From the NCBI GenBank assembly GCA_965644495.1, contig CBFFSA010000010.1:310001-374000 (forward strand): a DNA stretch of 64,000 nucleotides, in the 5' to 3' direction. Under the pieces are notes generated by a model that did no database searches, had not been told where the DNA came from, and was given only the letters and a program-made list of their open reading frames with translations. The DNA comes from Perkinsela sp. CCAP 1560/9. Lineage: Eukaryota; Protista; Euglenozoa: Kinetoplastea. Positions within the stretch are counted from its first letter, which is position 1; the number at the start of each line of letters is the position of its first letter. The translations under genes and the position numbers were made by a program. Positions 34,370 through 46,633 of this stretch are shown here, in pieces.

Positions 34370-34848
34370 CTCAAAAGTCGTAAGAAAAGCGAATTTTCCT
34401 TTACTTTCACCGATTCGCCACTTCTTCGGCATGCTTCGATCGTAGAACACTCAGAACGAGAAATCGGCTCTTCCGCTCACACAAGGTCAAAATGTAACCT
34501 GAGTGATTATGCCCTTCCACGAGGTCTGCTTCCCAATCCCCATACAGACGCCTCTTGCTAACTATCTGAGGGCCAAGACGGATCGGGACTCTGTTTGGGA
34601 TCGTTGGGCGACCTCGTTTGAAGCGACGCCTATAAGGACGCTTGCCACGAATCCGAAGGGATTTGTTGAGCTTCCCGCCGTCGTCTTTGTCACGTGTCAC
34701 ATGGCGATAAATAGTGGTCACGGACGGTGAAGCCTGTGAGCCAACAACTAAGGTGTTGGCTACGTCTCCGGGGCTGTGAAGTTATCCTAAGCGCTTCTTA
34801 ATATGGCGATCCGCAGGCCCACGGATAAGCCGGGGACGTAGAGCCTTA
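34370..34848 (-). pseudogene. IS30-family transposase fragment, copy 1
   Basis: TIYRHV, GDWEADLVEG, ILTLCERKSRF motifs. Confidence 0.8.
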
Positions 34849-34864
34849 CTTAATAATTAATATA

Positions 34865-36210
34865 AACCCCTGGCCAAAATAAGGCACCCCCTCTCTAAAA
34901 ATTCGATGCTTGATTTGTTTGTTTGAGCTAATTTCAATGGCATTTTGCAGATCTCAGTTCGGGATTTATGTCCTCCCACACTTGGTCACTAGTCCTATAG
35001 CTATTTATAAAGTGGAAACTATTTACCACTTTTTTACCTTTTCGCCACCTAGTTCGACGCAGGCCTTCAGTCTACGATCGAAACTTAAGATGGTATCATT
35101 TATCATCTCAGTCGGTAAAGAACTCCATGTGTTTAGAATACACCTTTGCAGTTCGGAAACTGTAGATGGTAGCTTTTCATTTACGTCTTGTTGTACCATT
35201 GACCATATGTTTTCAATGGGAGAAAGATCGGGAGAATTTGGGGGCCAATTTTTTAGTAGATTAATTTTTCGTTTGTTCAGGTAACTTATGGTGGCCTTGG
35301 CCGTATGAGCGGTGGCACCATCTTGTTGAAATATTCTTTTGCGGGGGAAATAAACATGTTTTAGTGTGTCTATGTATGTTTCGTGGGTAATAGAGGTCCT
35401 GCTGGATAAAATTTTTAAGCATCTCCAGTTAATTCCTATAGCACCCCACACCTGACACTTAGGCGCCCAGCGCACCTTTAGTCTCTTTGCAGGGGTTTCT
35501 CCTTTTTTTACCCACATTTTCATTCGATTATCGTTTGTATCAAACACCTTCTCATCTGAGAATATCAATTTCGATGTGTCCTCTTTGTAATTTAAGGACA
35601 ACTGTACGCGTTTTTCTTTTTGTACAGCGGTGAGCCCTTGTGAAATTAGGCGTGGCCTATATTGATTCCCTGCTTGCCTCAAATCTCGACGAACAATTCG
35701 AGGGCTTGCAGTAACACCCTTTCTGCACAAAACAACAGAAATACGCTTTGAACTGTTGTACTTTGGCACCCCTGCCGCATCTTTCTTAGAAATAATGGTT
35801 TCAATCCTTTTTTTACGAGACTTTATTTTTTTTTTTCTGTGGGGATTTCTTTAGGCTTTTTTTCGTCTCAATTTTGGGGTGATCACGGAGGTATTTTCGA
35901 ATGTATTTCACGCTTACATTCAATTTACGTGCTATTCGTTTCTTTGGGATGCCATCTTGAAACCTTAAAAGCATGAGTTCCTTCCCCAGGGGGCTGAGGC
36001 CACCTTTCGGAGGCCTGCGGAATGATTTTTTCATAAATCGACCCTAATGTTAAAGTGGTAAAATATTTTTTTATTTTTTTATTTTTCATGAGCTAAAAAC
36101 AGCGGGAACGTACAGATCTCAAAATTTTGAACGAAAACATGGTATGATAACCCTACCATACCCCCTCATGCAAAAAATAAGAGGGGGTGCCTTATTGGTG
36201 GCCAGGGGTT
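34865..36210 (-). mobile_element. Tc1/IS630-type transposon (DD35E by my count); transposase split at an A11 run
   Basis: TA|aacccctggccaaaataaggcaccccctc ... gagggggtgccttattggtggccaggggtt|TA; ORFs 35813-36034 (HTH) and 35023-35769 (FSDEK, FQQDGATAH, SPDLSPIENIW). Confidence 0.92.
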
Positions 36211-36476
36211 TATTATGGTTGGTACGTTAATTAAGCCCAAAATCTGCCTTTGGGCTTAATTAAGTTTCGGCGTAATTAAGTTTAGACCGGTATTACGAAT
36301 TTTAGACACCCCCAGAAACATCGCGCCCCCCCTGTAAATTCCGACAAACGATAGGTTGAAAAAAGTCAGTGTTCTCTCCTTTGTCAAAACGAGTACTAAG
36401 GCCGGCTAAAACGGTTAACTCAAAAAAAACGTTTTTCTTTATGTAAAAAATTTGCAGTAATTTCATTTGTTTTATA

Positions 36477-37067
36477 ATGTTCCATTTTCCAGGGACTGTT
36501 GCAACTGCGGACAATATCCCAGCTCACTCGAAATTGGGAAAGCTGAGAGGCGTCACTCTTCCCGTAGAATACGACCTTGAGCGGTACATTCAGAACTTGG
36601 ATAAGATTGATCCAACGTGGAATATAACCACTCCTGCGTGTGAATGGAACGGCGTGAATTGTGATGCTTCCAATGGCCTAATCAGTTCCTTCGACTGGGG
36701 TGATAGAGGCATGTCCGGTACGCCAATGTGGGAGTATCTGCCTTCATCGATTACGTACATCCGTCTTGCCTTTAACAGTTTGTCAGGACCTGTTCCTTTT
36801 GGAGATCTCCCGCGAAATATGACGGTTCTCAATGTCACACAAAATATGTTCTCTGGGGAACTTGATTTTGGAGCTCTGCCTACAACCATGAAAAATCTTT
36901 TTCTTTCTCGAAATGAATTTTCTGGTCTAGTCGACTCTTCTACATTTCCTGAATCATTGACTTTGCTTTATGTTTCGAATAACGTGAATCTTTATGGTGA
37001 GATTCGCATAAATGGTTTGCCTAAGTTTGACATGAAGTATTCTGGCACGAAGCTTGTTGTTAAATAG
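36477..37067 (+). CDS. LRR family protein
   Basis: GKLRGVTLPVEYDL, PACEWNGVNC, ~4 LRRs. Confidence 0.85.
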   Translation: MFHFPGTVATADNIPAHSKLGKLRGVTLPVEYDLERYIQNLDKIDPTWNITTPACEWNGVNCDASNGLISSFDWGDRGMSGTPMWEYLPSSITYIRLAFNSLSGPVPFGDLPRNMTVLNVTQNMFSGELDFGALPTTMKNLFLSRNEFSGLVDSSTFPESLTLLYVSNNVNLYGEIRINGLPKFDMKYSGTKLVVK

Positions 37068-37449
37068 TTTATATTATTTTGCGACTTGTTCATATAGTAT
37101 GTGTTCAACTCATTTTAAGGTCTATAGCTTAAACTTCTGAGATTCTTCCATCATCTCGCTGAAATACATAAAAATGAATACACTAAAAATTATTGGGAGA
37201 TGGTGTGTCTCATAGTACTATTTTATAATTATGCACTTACCTACCTTCACTAATAATATTAGCGGAAATTTCTTTCTTTCTCTAAATATTCCCCGATCTC
37301 GAACAGGTCTATAAGGCTCCGACATTTCTCGGGCGAAATGCCCTTCATATGAAAAGAAAATAGAGAGATAAACAAAGTAAAGAAGCCATTTAAAACTATG
37401 CGAAGTAATTAGCTACTTTTACATTCTTTATTGGCATTTTTCTTTTCAC

Positions 37450-37580
37450 AGTGAAAAGAAGCCATGACTCACGGCCTCCCATAAACGTCAAAGATTAGAC
37501 TTTGCGATTGCCCACCAGCATTGGCCCGTCCAAGACTGGAAGCGTGCATTCTGGACGAATGAAAACAAATTAAACTGTTT
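37450..37580 (+). pseudogene. Tc1 transposase fragment
   Basis: Translates to LTASHKRQRLDFAIAHQHWPVQDWKRAFWTNENK. Confidence 0.65.
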
Positions 37581-37609
37581 GCGTTTTGCTCAAAAGTGTT
37601 TTCAAGCAC

Positions 37610-37900
37610 AAGAAGTAGAGTCGTGCATGTTTGGGGTGTTTGCTTTTTCGTAGTACTGCGTTGGATTTGATCACGCGCGTGGGAGTCCAGGGGAAAGACT
37701 CTTCAAGAGTGCCCACTCCAGGGCTGCGAAAATTTTTCTGTCAAGTAGGCCATAAAGTTGGGAAAGAGCCTGTGGGGATATGGTAGGAAGGGCGTAAACC
37801 ATTTGACAAAATCCTGTGCACGGGCGGATTTTGACGATAGCGACTTGACGATCTCACGTGAGCCCAATCACTGATTTCCGCGTGCAGGGTCAATGGCGTG
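37610..37900 (-). pseudogene. CRE/SLACS-like non-LTR retrotransposon fragment
   Basis: Translates to ..QVAIV..CTGFCQMVYALP..ARDQIQR, homologous to ~42630-42820. Confidence 0.7.
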
Positions 37901-38899
37901 TGCCGTGAGAAACATGCGGATGCAGTATTGTCGAAGCGGACTCCAAAATGTCGAAGTTTCCGTCAACACGTATTTATTGTGACGAATCCAGCTCGCTGCG
38001 GCCTGAGATCGAGGAGGATCTTGAAGGATTCTGAGAAAGGGTCTTCCTTGGGGTTGGTAGGCGGCGTAGGCACCCCCTGCGAGGGGTGTAGCTCTGGCGC
38101 TATCGCAGGGAAAGGGGAGAATGAAAGGGGGACTGGGGCCAAGGTGGGCCGCCAGGGGTCGCGTTCGCCTGTGCCCTTCGGATATAGGTTTCCTTCGTGC
38201 AGAACTGCTCTTACAGCATCCTGAAAAAAGAGAAACGCCCAGTCTTAATCCTGGTTTCCGGGGTGTGTTCCCTAAGCAAGACCCGTGACGCTGCCCTTAG
38301 GCGTTTCGGGCCGTGCACCTTGACGCGGTGAGCCCGGAGGCGACTGTATGGGGCTGCGTAATCCCGTGACGTTCGCGGGCCTCCTTTTCCATCACGCGAT
38401 ACTTCGTGTATCGCGTTCGGCGCTAAGGGCCACCGCAAGCCGTAGGGTGACTGCACATCTTCCTGTCCCAGGTGAAAAACGGTTCGAGCCGGTTGGGGCA
38501 GGAAGGTGCTTGTGGCGGACAGCGTCCATGGTTTTGGGCTGCTGTGCCATGGTGGGTAGGGACAGCGACCGCTCCCCAGGCGAAGGGGCGTCACTGTAGA
38601 TTACATCTGGGGCCAAGGTGCTTCCACCGCCCATCCGGGTAAGAGTGGCGAAGGGCATCGAGGACAGGTCAGCCGGGGGGAAAGGAGCAAAAGAGACGGT
38701 TGATGCGAGGACGGAACCAACATTTAAGCATTCTGCAAGACCGCTAAATGTGCTCTGTATTGGCACGAATTGCCCCGACGTTGGCCCCAACACCCCTGGC
38801 ATACCATAGAAAATAACGGAAAATGGGTATACAATAGTCATATACAATATTATGTACGTAGATAATGTCCTTTTGACGAAAAGAAAAAGGTCAAGCTAA

Positions 38900-39577
38900 A
38901 AAGTCATAAAAAAGGCGAATTTTCCTTTACTTTCACCGATTCGCCACTTCTTCGGCATGCTTCGATCGTAGAACACGCAGAACGAGAAATCGGCTCTTCC
39001 GCTCACACAAGGTCAAAATGTAACCTGAGTGATTATGCCCTTCCACGAGGTCTGCTTCCCAATCCCCATACAGACGCCTCTTGTTAACTATCCGAGGGCC
39101 AAGACGGATCGGGACTCTGTTTGGGGTCGTTGGGCGACCTCGTTTGAAGCGACGCCTATAAGGACGCTTGCCACGAATCCGAAGGGATTTGTTGAGCTTC
39201 CCGCCGTCGTCTTTGTCACGTGTCACATGGCGATAAATAGTATCCACAGACGGTGAAGCTTGCGTCCCAACGACTAAAATGTTGGCAACCTGTCCTGGAC
39301 TGTGAAGCTGCCCTAAGCGCTTCTTGATGTGGCGCTCCACGGGCCCAGAGATCATGCGAGGGCGCGCGGGCTTGCTTACCAAGCGTCTCTTGGATACTCT
39401 CTGAGCACGGCTGGCCTCGTACCGCCGACCCCGTTTTTTGTTTCAGGCCAGCTCACGGCTAACGGTGCTATGTGATTTTCCGATAGCCGTGCCGATCTCA
39501 TGTCGCGTGGCTCCCGCCTCGAACATCTCTTGTAGTGTGCGTCTCTCTCCTTCACTGACCCGCTTATAGTTTGTCAT
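38900..39577 (-). pseudogene. IS30-family transposase, N-terminal ~215 codons, copy 2
   Basis: ATG at 39577: MTNYKRVSEGER..IGTAIGKSHSTVSREL HTH, then SPGQVA, TIYR and GDWEADL; internal stop and frameshift. Confidence 0.85.
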
Positions 39578-39749
39578 GACGAAGGAAGGAAAAAAATCGA
39601 GTAATAGAAATGTCTAAATTGAATATCTAAGTAAGTTGAATATGTAAATTGAAATTGTAAAAATATACTTTTGGATATAATATACTGGACATGATAATCT
39701 AAAAACTTTTGGTGCACTGGATATGATAACTTGGTGCACTGGATATGAT

Positions 39750-40004
39750 AATCCACGGTATAAAAGGGCATTCAAGAGGTAGCCGCTTCCTACATTGAGA
39801 AAGACAGTGAAAACATTGCATTCCGTTCATGCGTTTCAAAAGCATTGTGTGAGCTTTACAACAAGGGCTAAGAGGATTCACGTAGGTTAGCCCATGTCGA
39901 CGGGCCCAGGCATTGATAATGACATCCCTTGTAACCACAAGTTCCACGACCTTTAGGGATTTGAAACACTCAAATGTATCAGATCCTTCGCAGTCGAAGC
40001 TCAT
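39750..40004 (-). pseudogene. Probable Merlin N-terminal Zn-ribbon fragment
   Basis: WARRHGL..PCC..M..FHC..CRKRL pattern. Confidence 0.4.
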
Positions 40005-40281
40005 ACAGTGTATAGTTTACAGTGTATAGTGTACAGTGTATAGTTGTACAAATAGACTTTTAAAGGTGATGCTGATCTTCCTTTTATAATAGTTACATTA
40101 CTAGAATATATTCAAACATATAAAAAACATTTTTTGTCAGCCGGAAAAATTGGTGCAAAAATACACCTAAAGATACACCTCCAAATAATGTATGCCCTTT
40201 TCACCCAAATTTTAGTCAATTTTACAAATTGAAACATTCTCTTTCCTACTTACGCAAACCACGTATAACACCGCACCCCAC

Positions 40282-40848
40282 ATGACACCTCCCACCCTCC
40301 CTCCCTCCCTCCCCCTTCTCTTCACCCTTCTCTTCACGATTTCTCCCTGCACCCTTTCTCCTCCCCTCCCCTCCTCTATCGCCTCGATAACCACATCTCC
40401 CGAAAACACATCGAAACCCACAACGACGGCACCCAGCCTTTTTCAGCTTCTCCCCCGCTGTCACAGCGTAGCCTCTAAAATTTCCTCCACAAAAAAGGAA
40501 AAAGCTGCGGGGGCAAGAAAGCGGTCTTCCCCCGGTGCCTCCTCATCTCGGGGTCACAATCCGGAGGGTTTGCCCGAGGAGTTGGATATTCATGAAATCA
40601 TCAATCTGGTCGTCCCGGGCTGGGCCCAGCGCTTCTCCACGGTATACGCCATGGTCGCCCTCGGGGGTTGCTTTGCTGGATTCGTCTCGGGAAATTTAAT
40701 GTTACTTCCGCTGTTTTGCGGGATGAGTTGCTTTTATGCGGTCGCGATACTGGTCGCGATATGGGCCCATGCGAATTTTTGGAGGGAGGAGGGGATGCTG
40801 GACGCGTTGTTCCGTCGTATGGACGAGATGAAAGTCGCGGGGGTGTGA
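40282..40848 (+). CDS. Small membrane protein with two predicted TM helices near the C-terminus
   Basis: Hydrophobic VYAMVALGGCFAGFV and LLPLFCGMSCFYAVAILVAIW; start codon uncertain. Confidence 0.6.
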   Translation: MTPPTLPPSLPLLFTLLFTISPCTLSPPLPSSIASITTSPENTSKPTTTAPSLFQLLPRCHSVASKISSTKKEKAAGARKRSSPGASSSRGHNPEGLPEELDIHEIINLVVPGWAQRFSTVYAMVALGGCFAGFVSGNLMLLPLFCGMSCFYAVAILVAIWAHANFWREEGMLDALFRRMDEMKVAGV

Positions 40849-41195
40849 GAGGTTAGCGGTAAATGGTGTACGGGGTGTGTTGAACGAATTAGTAGATATA
40901 CTAATTACACTAAAAACCTAGTAGATATAGTAATTCAAGCAGTGAATTCTGAACAAGCTGTGGGCGCACAACAAAACGTTAAAACAGTGAACAACGTGAT
41001 TGAACCAGACAGGAAGGATGAAAATTTAAGCAGTATACGTTTAACTAGTATAATAATTTCTTTTTGACCCCGATTTCCGTTGATTTTTACCATACTGTAC
41101 TCCCTAGTTATCTGTCACTACTTTTCGTGAAACAATGACAGACACTAGGGGGAGTAGGAGTGACAGATAACTAGAGGGGTCGAAGTGCGACAGAA

Positions 41196-41253
41196 GAGGG
41201 GTTGCGGGTATGATCTCGCGTGATCTCGTCTTGGGCCTCACCCGCAGCCCCTC
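41196..41253. mobile_element. 58-bp mini-MITE of the GAG...CTC family
   Basis: AGAA|gaggggttgcgggt ... acccgcagcccctc|AGAA. Confidence 0.8.
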
Positions 41254-42001
41254 AGAAGGAACTAAACATTCGGAGATATCGGATCCCAATTTTCATAAAG
41301 GCCACGACAGGAAATCTTGCGACGTATCCGGAGAGCCAGCCATAGCAATTTATGGCCGACGCTCCGCTTGGAGAGGAGTTAGGTCCCCAATACAAATGCA
41401 CTATAAATCGTCCATACTATAAATCGACGACGTGAGCCCTCCGTTCGGTTTTCTACTGTAGTAAATGGCTTTACCGTGCCTTGTGTTGGCGTATTTTGTT
41501 TTTCTTCCAAGGTTACCTGCTCGATCACTTCCGTAGCAATCAGTGTATCGATATCTGTGCTCGAAAGCGATGGTTCATGACTGTTCTGTAGATACTGGCG
41601 TGCTCCAGGTGGTTTACATACAAGTATTGAACAAGTTCATCAAATCTTTTACGCACTAATGGCTCCATCAGTGAGCGCGCTTTATCGATATCCATCGGTT
41701 TCATCTTAGCGTGTAAGGGGTAATTCATTTCCTGTTGTGTGGGCTTTTGCGTTCTGCGACGAATATGCCCCAGGGCTCGATATGACGCCCATAATGATCT
41801 ATCATCTTTGTGATGCCATACGACCCGTGTCTAATCAAATTCTTGTTTGGTTGCAAGAGAAGCCTTCTGTTTCATAGGAGCGTTGAAGCCCGTTGAGCGC
41901 CCGATGCGATTGTTGTTGTTCGGTTTATTCCGGAGCACCTTAGGAGCGTACTCACATGTTTGTGATTCGTCAACCGTACCGTTTCCGGTAAAAGATGCGC
42001 C

Positions 42002-43145
42002 TTACTGCAAAAAGACGTACATTATTGTAAATTGCTGCGCGAGAGCGTTATGGCGCGCAATGATCCCGTGCCCATTCTTGTAGAGCAAGGCATGCTCCCC
42101 ATTTTCGAGCAGCCCAAGGGTGCAGCCTTCAGCCGGGCAAGGCCTGTCTCCCGGGAGGACATCCATACCGAGCCACCAACGCGAGAGGGCCCGGAATTCG
42201 CTATGGGTGAAAGCGAGCCCTCTACTCTTCGAGGGGGTTACAAATGCCCAGTTCCCTGCTTCTTTTTCAAACTGTGAAACCCAACGAGCCCTTGTTCTAG
42301 CATATGCTTCGGCATACAAACATAAATTCCTGTTCAGATATCGCTTGGCTGAGCTATTCGCTTGGCTGAGAAGATATCGCTTCCTTGGACGGGGCCGGAC
42401 GATTCGTTTCTCTAGTGTAGGTGAAAGCCGTTTTTGGGATGTGCCCTGCGTTTGGGTCGACCAGTGCGACACCTGTCTTGATATTTATATCGCGAACAGC
42501 AGCACTAAAACCCTCAGCTTCGGTTGGATCCGATTTGTCCATGTCAGCGGCGAAAGCGACAGAGGAAACGTAGGCGGCTGATTGGTGGAGAAATGAAGAT
42601 CTGAAGCCGAAACCCCCGCGACTTTTTGGTCGTTGCATTTGATCTCGGGCGCAGAGGTCCAGGGGGAAGAGTGCACGCTCAACGGCTTTCATCAAGTGAT
42701 TGGCCAGCTGTTTGCAGAGTTCTCCAGGGGCCTGGGAGGGGTCGTACGTAATGCGTAGACCATTTGGCAGAATCCGGCACATTGCCTTGCCAAAGTGAGA
42801 GCCACCTGTGGGTCTTCGATTAACGCTGTGGCCTCCAATGTGTCACAAGCCGGCTCGATGGCGTGGATCATTAACACATCACAGTGATCTGCAGAGCCAA
42901 CGGGGCTACCTAGAATATCGAAATTACCATCGTACCGCACTTTATAGTGTGGAATGCGAGGGAATAGCGTAGATGTATGTGCAGCGGTTGTAATGACGTT
43001 GCAATGGCGTATGTGGTGGAGTAATGATCTCACCCTTGGAAAGGTTTACGAAAAGGTCCCCCTTTGGCCCAACCTCAGCGAGGACGTCTAAGGCTTTCCT
43101 GTCTTCTTTGGACTTCCCTACTAGAACTCCTTGATCGAGATACTA
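42002..43145 (-). pseudogene. CRE/SLACS/CZAR-like non-LTR retrotransposon, 3' part (end of RT to Zn knuckle)
   Basis: YLDQGVL, ILGSPVGS, GFCQMVYALRTTPP, GGFGF, EFRALSRWWLG..CP..C..GEHAL..RHNAL; frameshifted. Confidence 0.8.
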
Positions 43146-43613
43146 TAGTTGAGTGTGTAGACTAGAGCGAGATGCAATTTCATTTCTTGCTTCCAGTAAT
43201 ACCAAAGAAAACACGAGGGTTTCTTTAAAATGTATCTCTTTTAAAACTGCACATTTATCTTTTAAACTGCATTTTTTCAAACTGTAGCTCTATCGTTAAA
43301 GTTAACCTTCCAATCATATGACTAACATACCCTCTAAGTGAAGCAAAAAAAATAAATCCTTGGCGGTTCACAAAGCGTAAAAAAAAGAAATTTAGACAGC
43401 TCTTGTCGCTTGCAGGCACTCCCACCCAGAGTCACCCGTCCAAGTATAACAAGCACAATGATTATAGCAAGCTTAATACGTACGACAAGGATAAGCACGT
43501 ATAACAAGCTTTTAACAAACAAGCTTAAAAATTAAAAAATAATAAAAACATCACCAAAACCAACCCCCACAACCCTTTTTCCTCCCTAACCCCATTCCTC
43601 CCTTCATCCTCCC

Positions 43614-45296
43614 ATGACCACCCCTCTCCCCCTTTCTCCCCCCCCTCCCTTCCTCTACCACCCCTCCACCGCGCTCGTCCCGTTCCGTCTCGACCCCTCC
43701 ACCCCCGCCGCCCCCTACGCCCGTCGCACCCACGCCCCCAAGTCCACCACACACTGGGGACAGCGCAAACTCCTGATGAGTGAGATCGCCTTCCTCTCGT
43801 TGTACGCTAACCCAAGAAAGAACTACTGGGTCGTCTACGCGGGGGCCGCCCCGGGGACTCACGTAAAGGCCTTACTTGAGATGTACGACCGGACCCAATT
43901 CGAACTGGTCGACCCGTGTCCGTTTGATGCGGGGTTAAACCGTTTCGCGGAGACCCCCGAGGGGGGGGAGGGGGAGGAAACCCACAGAAGAGCGAAGCGA
44001 TGGAGAGGAAAGGGTGCAGAGGAGAAGGGTGAAAAAGAGGAAAGGGGGGGAAACCGGGTGGGTGCTTCGGGTTTGGTGCTTCGACAGCAGTTTTTTACGA
44101 ATGAGGTGGCGTATGGGATTGCGGCGAAACGGATGGTGAAAACACCGGCGTTGCGGTTTTTGTACCGCTGTTGTGTAGAGGAAGGGTATGGGAGAAGGGG
44201 GAGTGCAGAGACAAGGATGGGTGCTGAGTTGACGAATGGGGAAGAGGAGACAAAGATGGAGGAGACTTACACAACCCAAAGCGGTACGAAAAATGTGGCG
44301 AAAATCGCTGAAGAACCGCTTGCTCTTCCGTCTGGGATCACGTCGCTGGCGGAGGCCGCGATGGCATTTACCCCGCTGTTGTTTATCTCTGACATCCGCT
44401 CGGGGTCCTTAGAGTGCTCTAATTTTGAGGAACATGTCCGGGACAATATGGCGGCTCAAAGACACTGGCATCGTATTATGCGTCCCGAGTACAGCTTGCT
44501 CAAATTTCGCCTTCCCTACATGGAGTATGATATCACGGGGACTGAAAAGGTGATGAGACATACGGAGCAGAGCACATCTTATTTAGATGGGGATTTACTT
44601 CTTCCGGTTTGGACACGTGCAACCTCCACGGAGTGTCGTTTGGTCACAAAGGGATACGCCAGCGATCGAGCATACGATAACAAGCACTTTGAAGATTCCT
44701 GTTTCTACTTTAACACAGTGCTGCGGTCGCAGGTTTATTTTGCACGCAATAAGTTGCTACGTCATGAGGATCTGGATCACCGTTTTGATGCCTCCGCGGA
44801 GTTGCAGTTGTTGGTTGCATACGCGTTGTGTAAGGAAAGTTTTCGAGAAGGAGGAGATGAGAGGTTGAGGCAGCCTAATGAAGAGTCCGGACATGTAGGA
44901 GGCGAAGAAAAGCCGTGGTGGAAACACGTCGGGGAGGCTCGTTTGTGCGCACTTTTGCACCGTAAAGATTTAAAGTTAACGGAGGCACTTTTAAACTCCG
45001 TGACTAATCTTTCATCGCGGATTACACAGCATTTGGGCCGATCATTTGATGAGGTGATTGCCTCCAGGAATAGTTTGATGCGTTCTCGTGCTAGGAACAG
45101 GGATTGGATGTCCGAAATGGAGGAATCGCTGAAAAGTGCGAGACAGGAGAGAAATAAACCATTGTGGTCGGATTTTCTTTCGATTCGTTCGCTCGAAACA
45201 GATGGATGTTCTCCGTGGGACTTGTGGAGTATTGTGGCCACCCGGTTGCGTAAAGATACTTACGATATTCGAAAGTGCGAGAAGGTGGCATACTAG
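43614..45296 (+). CDS. Cap-specific mRNA 2'-O-methyltransferase, vaccinia VP39-like (kinetoplastid cap4 MTr2/MTr3-4 type)
   Basis: HWGQRKLLMSEI, VVYAGAAPGTH, LVDP, FISDIRS, LLKFRLPY, STECRL motifs. Confidence 0.88.
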   Translation: MTTPLPLSPPPPFLYHPSTALVPFRLDPSTPAAPYARRTHAPKSTTHWGQRKLLMSEIAFLSLYANPRKNYWVVYAGAAPGTHVKALLEMYDRTQFELVDPCPFDAGLNRFAETPEGGEGEETHRRAKRWRGKGAEEKGEKEERGGNRVGASGLVLRQQFFTNEVAYGIAAKRMVKTPALRFLYRCCVEEGYGRRGSAETRMGAELTNGEEETKMEETYTTQSGTKNVAKIAEEPLALPSGITSLAEAAMAFTPLLFISDIRSGSLECSNFEEHVRDNMAAQRHWHRIMRPEYSLLKFRLPYMEYDITGTEKVMRHTEQSTSYLDGDLLLPVWTRATSTECRLVTKGYASDRAYDNKHFEDSCFYFNTVLRSQVYFARNKLLRHEDLDHRFDASAELQLLVAYALCKESFREGGDERLRQPNEESGHVGGEEKPWWKHVGEARLCALLHRKDLKLTEALLNSVTNLSSRITQHLGRSFDEVIASRNSLMRSRARNRDWMSEMEESLKSARQERNKPLWSDFLSIRSLETDGCSPWDLWSIVATRLRKDTYDIRKCEKVAY

Positions 45297-45784
45297 GCCG
45301 CTACAATTCATAGCCAGGCAGTTCTAAGAAGTTCTCCTCAGTAAGCCTTTCTTTCGAGGGAAGTTAACTTTCCAACCCTAGCCTTCTTATGTTTTGTATT
45401 CTGGGTACGTATAATAGATGTTGGCCTATAAATTTATGTTGGCGTTTGCGATGCACTCCATCACGGTCAGATCTCGCGTGATCTCGTTTTGGTCTCCAGA
45501 CGCAACCCCTTACGATGTGGCTCGCCTGCTTTATCCCTTCGCGAAAAATCTCCCCAATCAAACGTTCCGCGACTTAATGCACACTTGAAAGGGTAAGTTT
45601 GGGTATTTCCATGAATCTTCTATGAATCTAAATCCATAAATCATAGATCTAAAAGGTTTTCGGTCGTAAATGGTGGTGTTATTAAATAGTAGTGTACTAA
45701 GGACATTAAATAATGTCCTCTATTAATACTGTAGATCCTTTCTTTCAGTACTTGTAAGTAGATTCCCTACCAATTTTTGCAAAC

Positions 45785-46345
45785 ATGGATCACGTTCCAA
45801 CTCATTCCAAACTAGGAAAGTTACGAGGTGGGAGTTTACCGGTAGAATACGACCTTGAGCGATACATTCAGCATTTGGAAAAGATCGATTCAACGTGGAA
45901 TACTGTCACTCCTGCATGTCAATGGAGGGGCGTAACATGTGATTCTGAATCTGACGAAGTTATGTCTATCGACTGGGGTGATAGAGACATGTCCGGTGTA
46001 CCAATGTGGGAGTACTTGCCTTCTTCGATAACGCTCATTCGCCTTGCGTTTAACAGGTTGACGGGAACTATTCCTTTTGCACAACTTCCGCGCAACATGA
46101 CGGATCTCAACGTCACGGCAAACTTATTTCACGGCCCTCTTGAGTTCGCGCATCTCCCTGGGCAAATGCGCACTCTTTCTCTTTCTCGAAACCAGTTTTC
46201 AGGTTTCGTTACGACCTCTGATCTGAGAACGTTAGTTTCCTTTTACGCTTCTGATAACCCGAACCTTCGAGGTGAGATTCAGTTTAGCGATTTACGAGAA
46301 AACTTTAGTTATATTTGTACTGGTACACAAATAGTTATTAAATAG
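45785..46345 (+). CDS. LRR family protein, close paralog of 36477
   Basis: GKLRGGSLPVEYDLERYI, PACQWRGVTC, LRRs. Confidence 0.85.
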   Translation: MDHVPTHSKLGKLRGGSLPVEYDLERYIQHLEKIDSTWNTVTPACQWRGVTCDSESDEVMSIDWGDRDMSGVPMWEYLPSSITLIRLAFNRLTGTIPFAQLPRNMTDLNVTANLFHGPLEFAHLPGQMRTLSLSRNQFSGFVTTSDLRTLVSFYASDNPNLRGEIQFSDLRENFSYICTGTQIVIK

Positions 46346-46536
46346 TCCCTTTCCCGCAAATGTGTTCAATGATCCATAAGTCCATACCTAAGCCGAGCTC
46401 TTCCACAGTGTATAATTTCTTGGTAATACTGTGCCCCCCCCACTTATAGTGCCGTTTGAAAAAAAATATCCGAAAAAAATGACTAATTTTTTTTGACCAA
46501 AAAGTACAGTAAACATGGTGGAAATTTCTAATATTG

Positions 46537-46633
46537 AGTGGCTTCGTTAAACGTGGTGGTTGTTTTCAATTTAGAAGTTACTTATGCTGCGCGCTTAGCG
46601 TTGAAAACTACCTCCGCGTTTAACGAAGCCACT
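46537..46633. repeat. Palindrome family 2 copy
   Basis: agtggcttcgttaaacg ... cgtttaacgaagccact around the same loop as 18852-18937. Confidence 0.8.
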
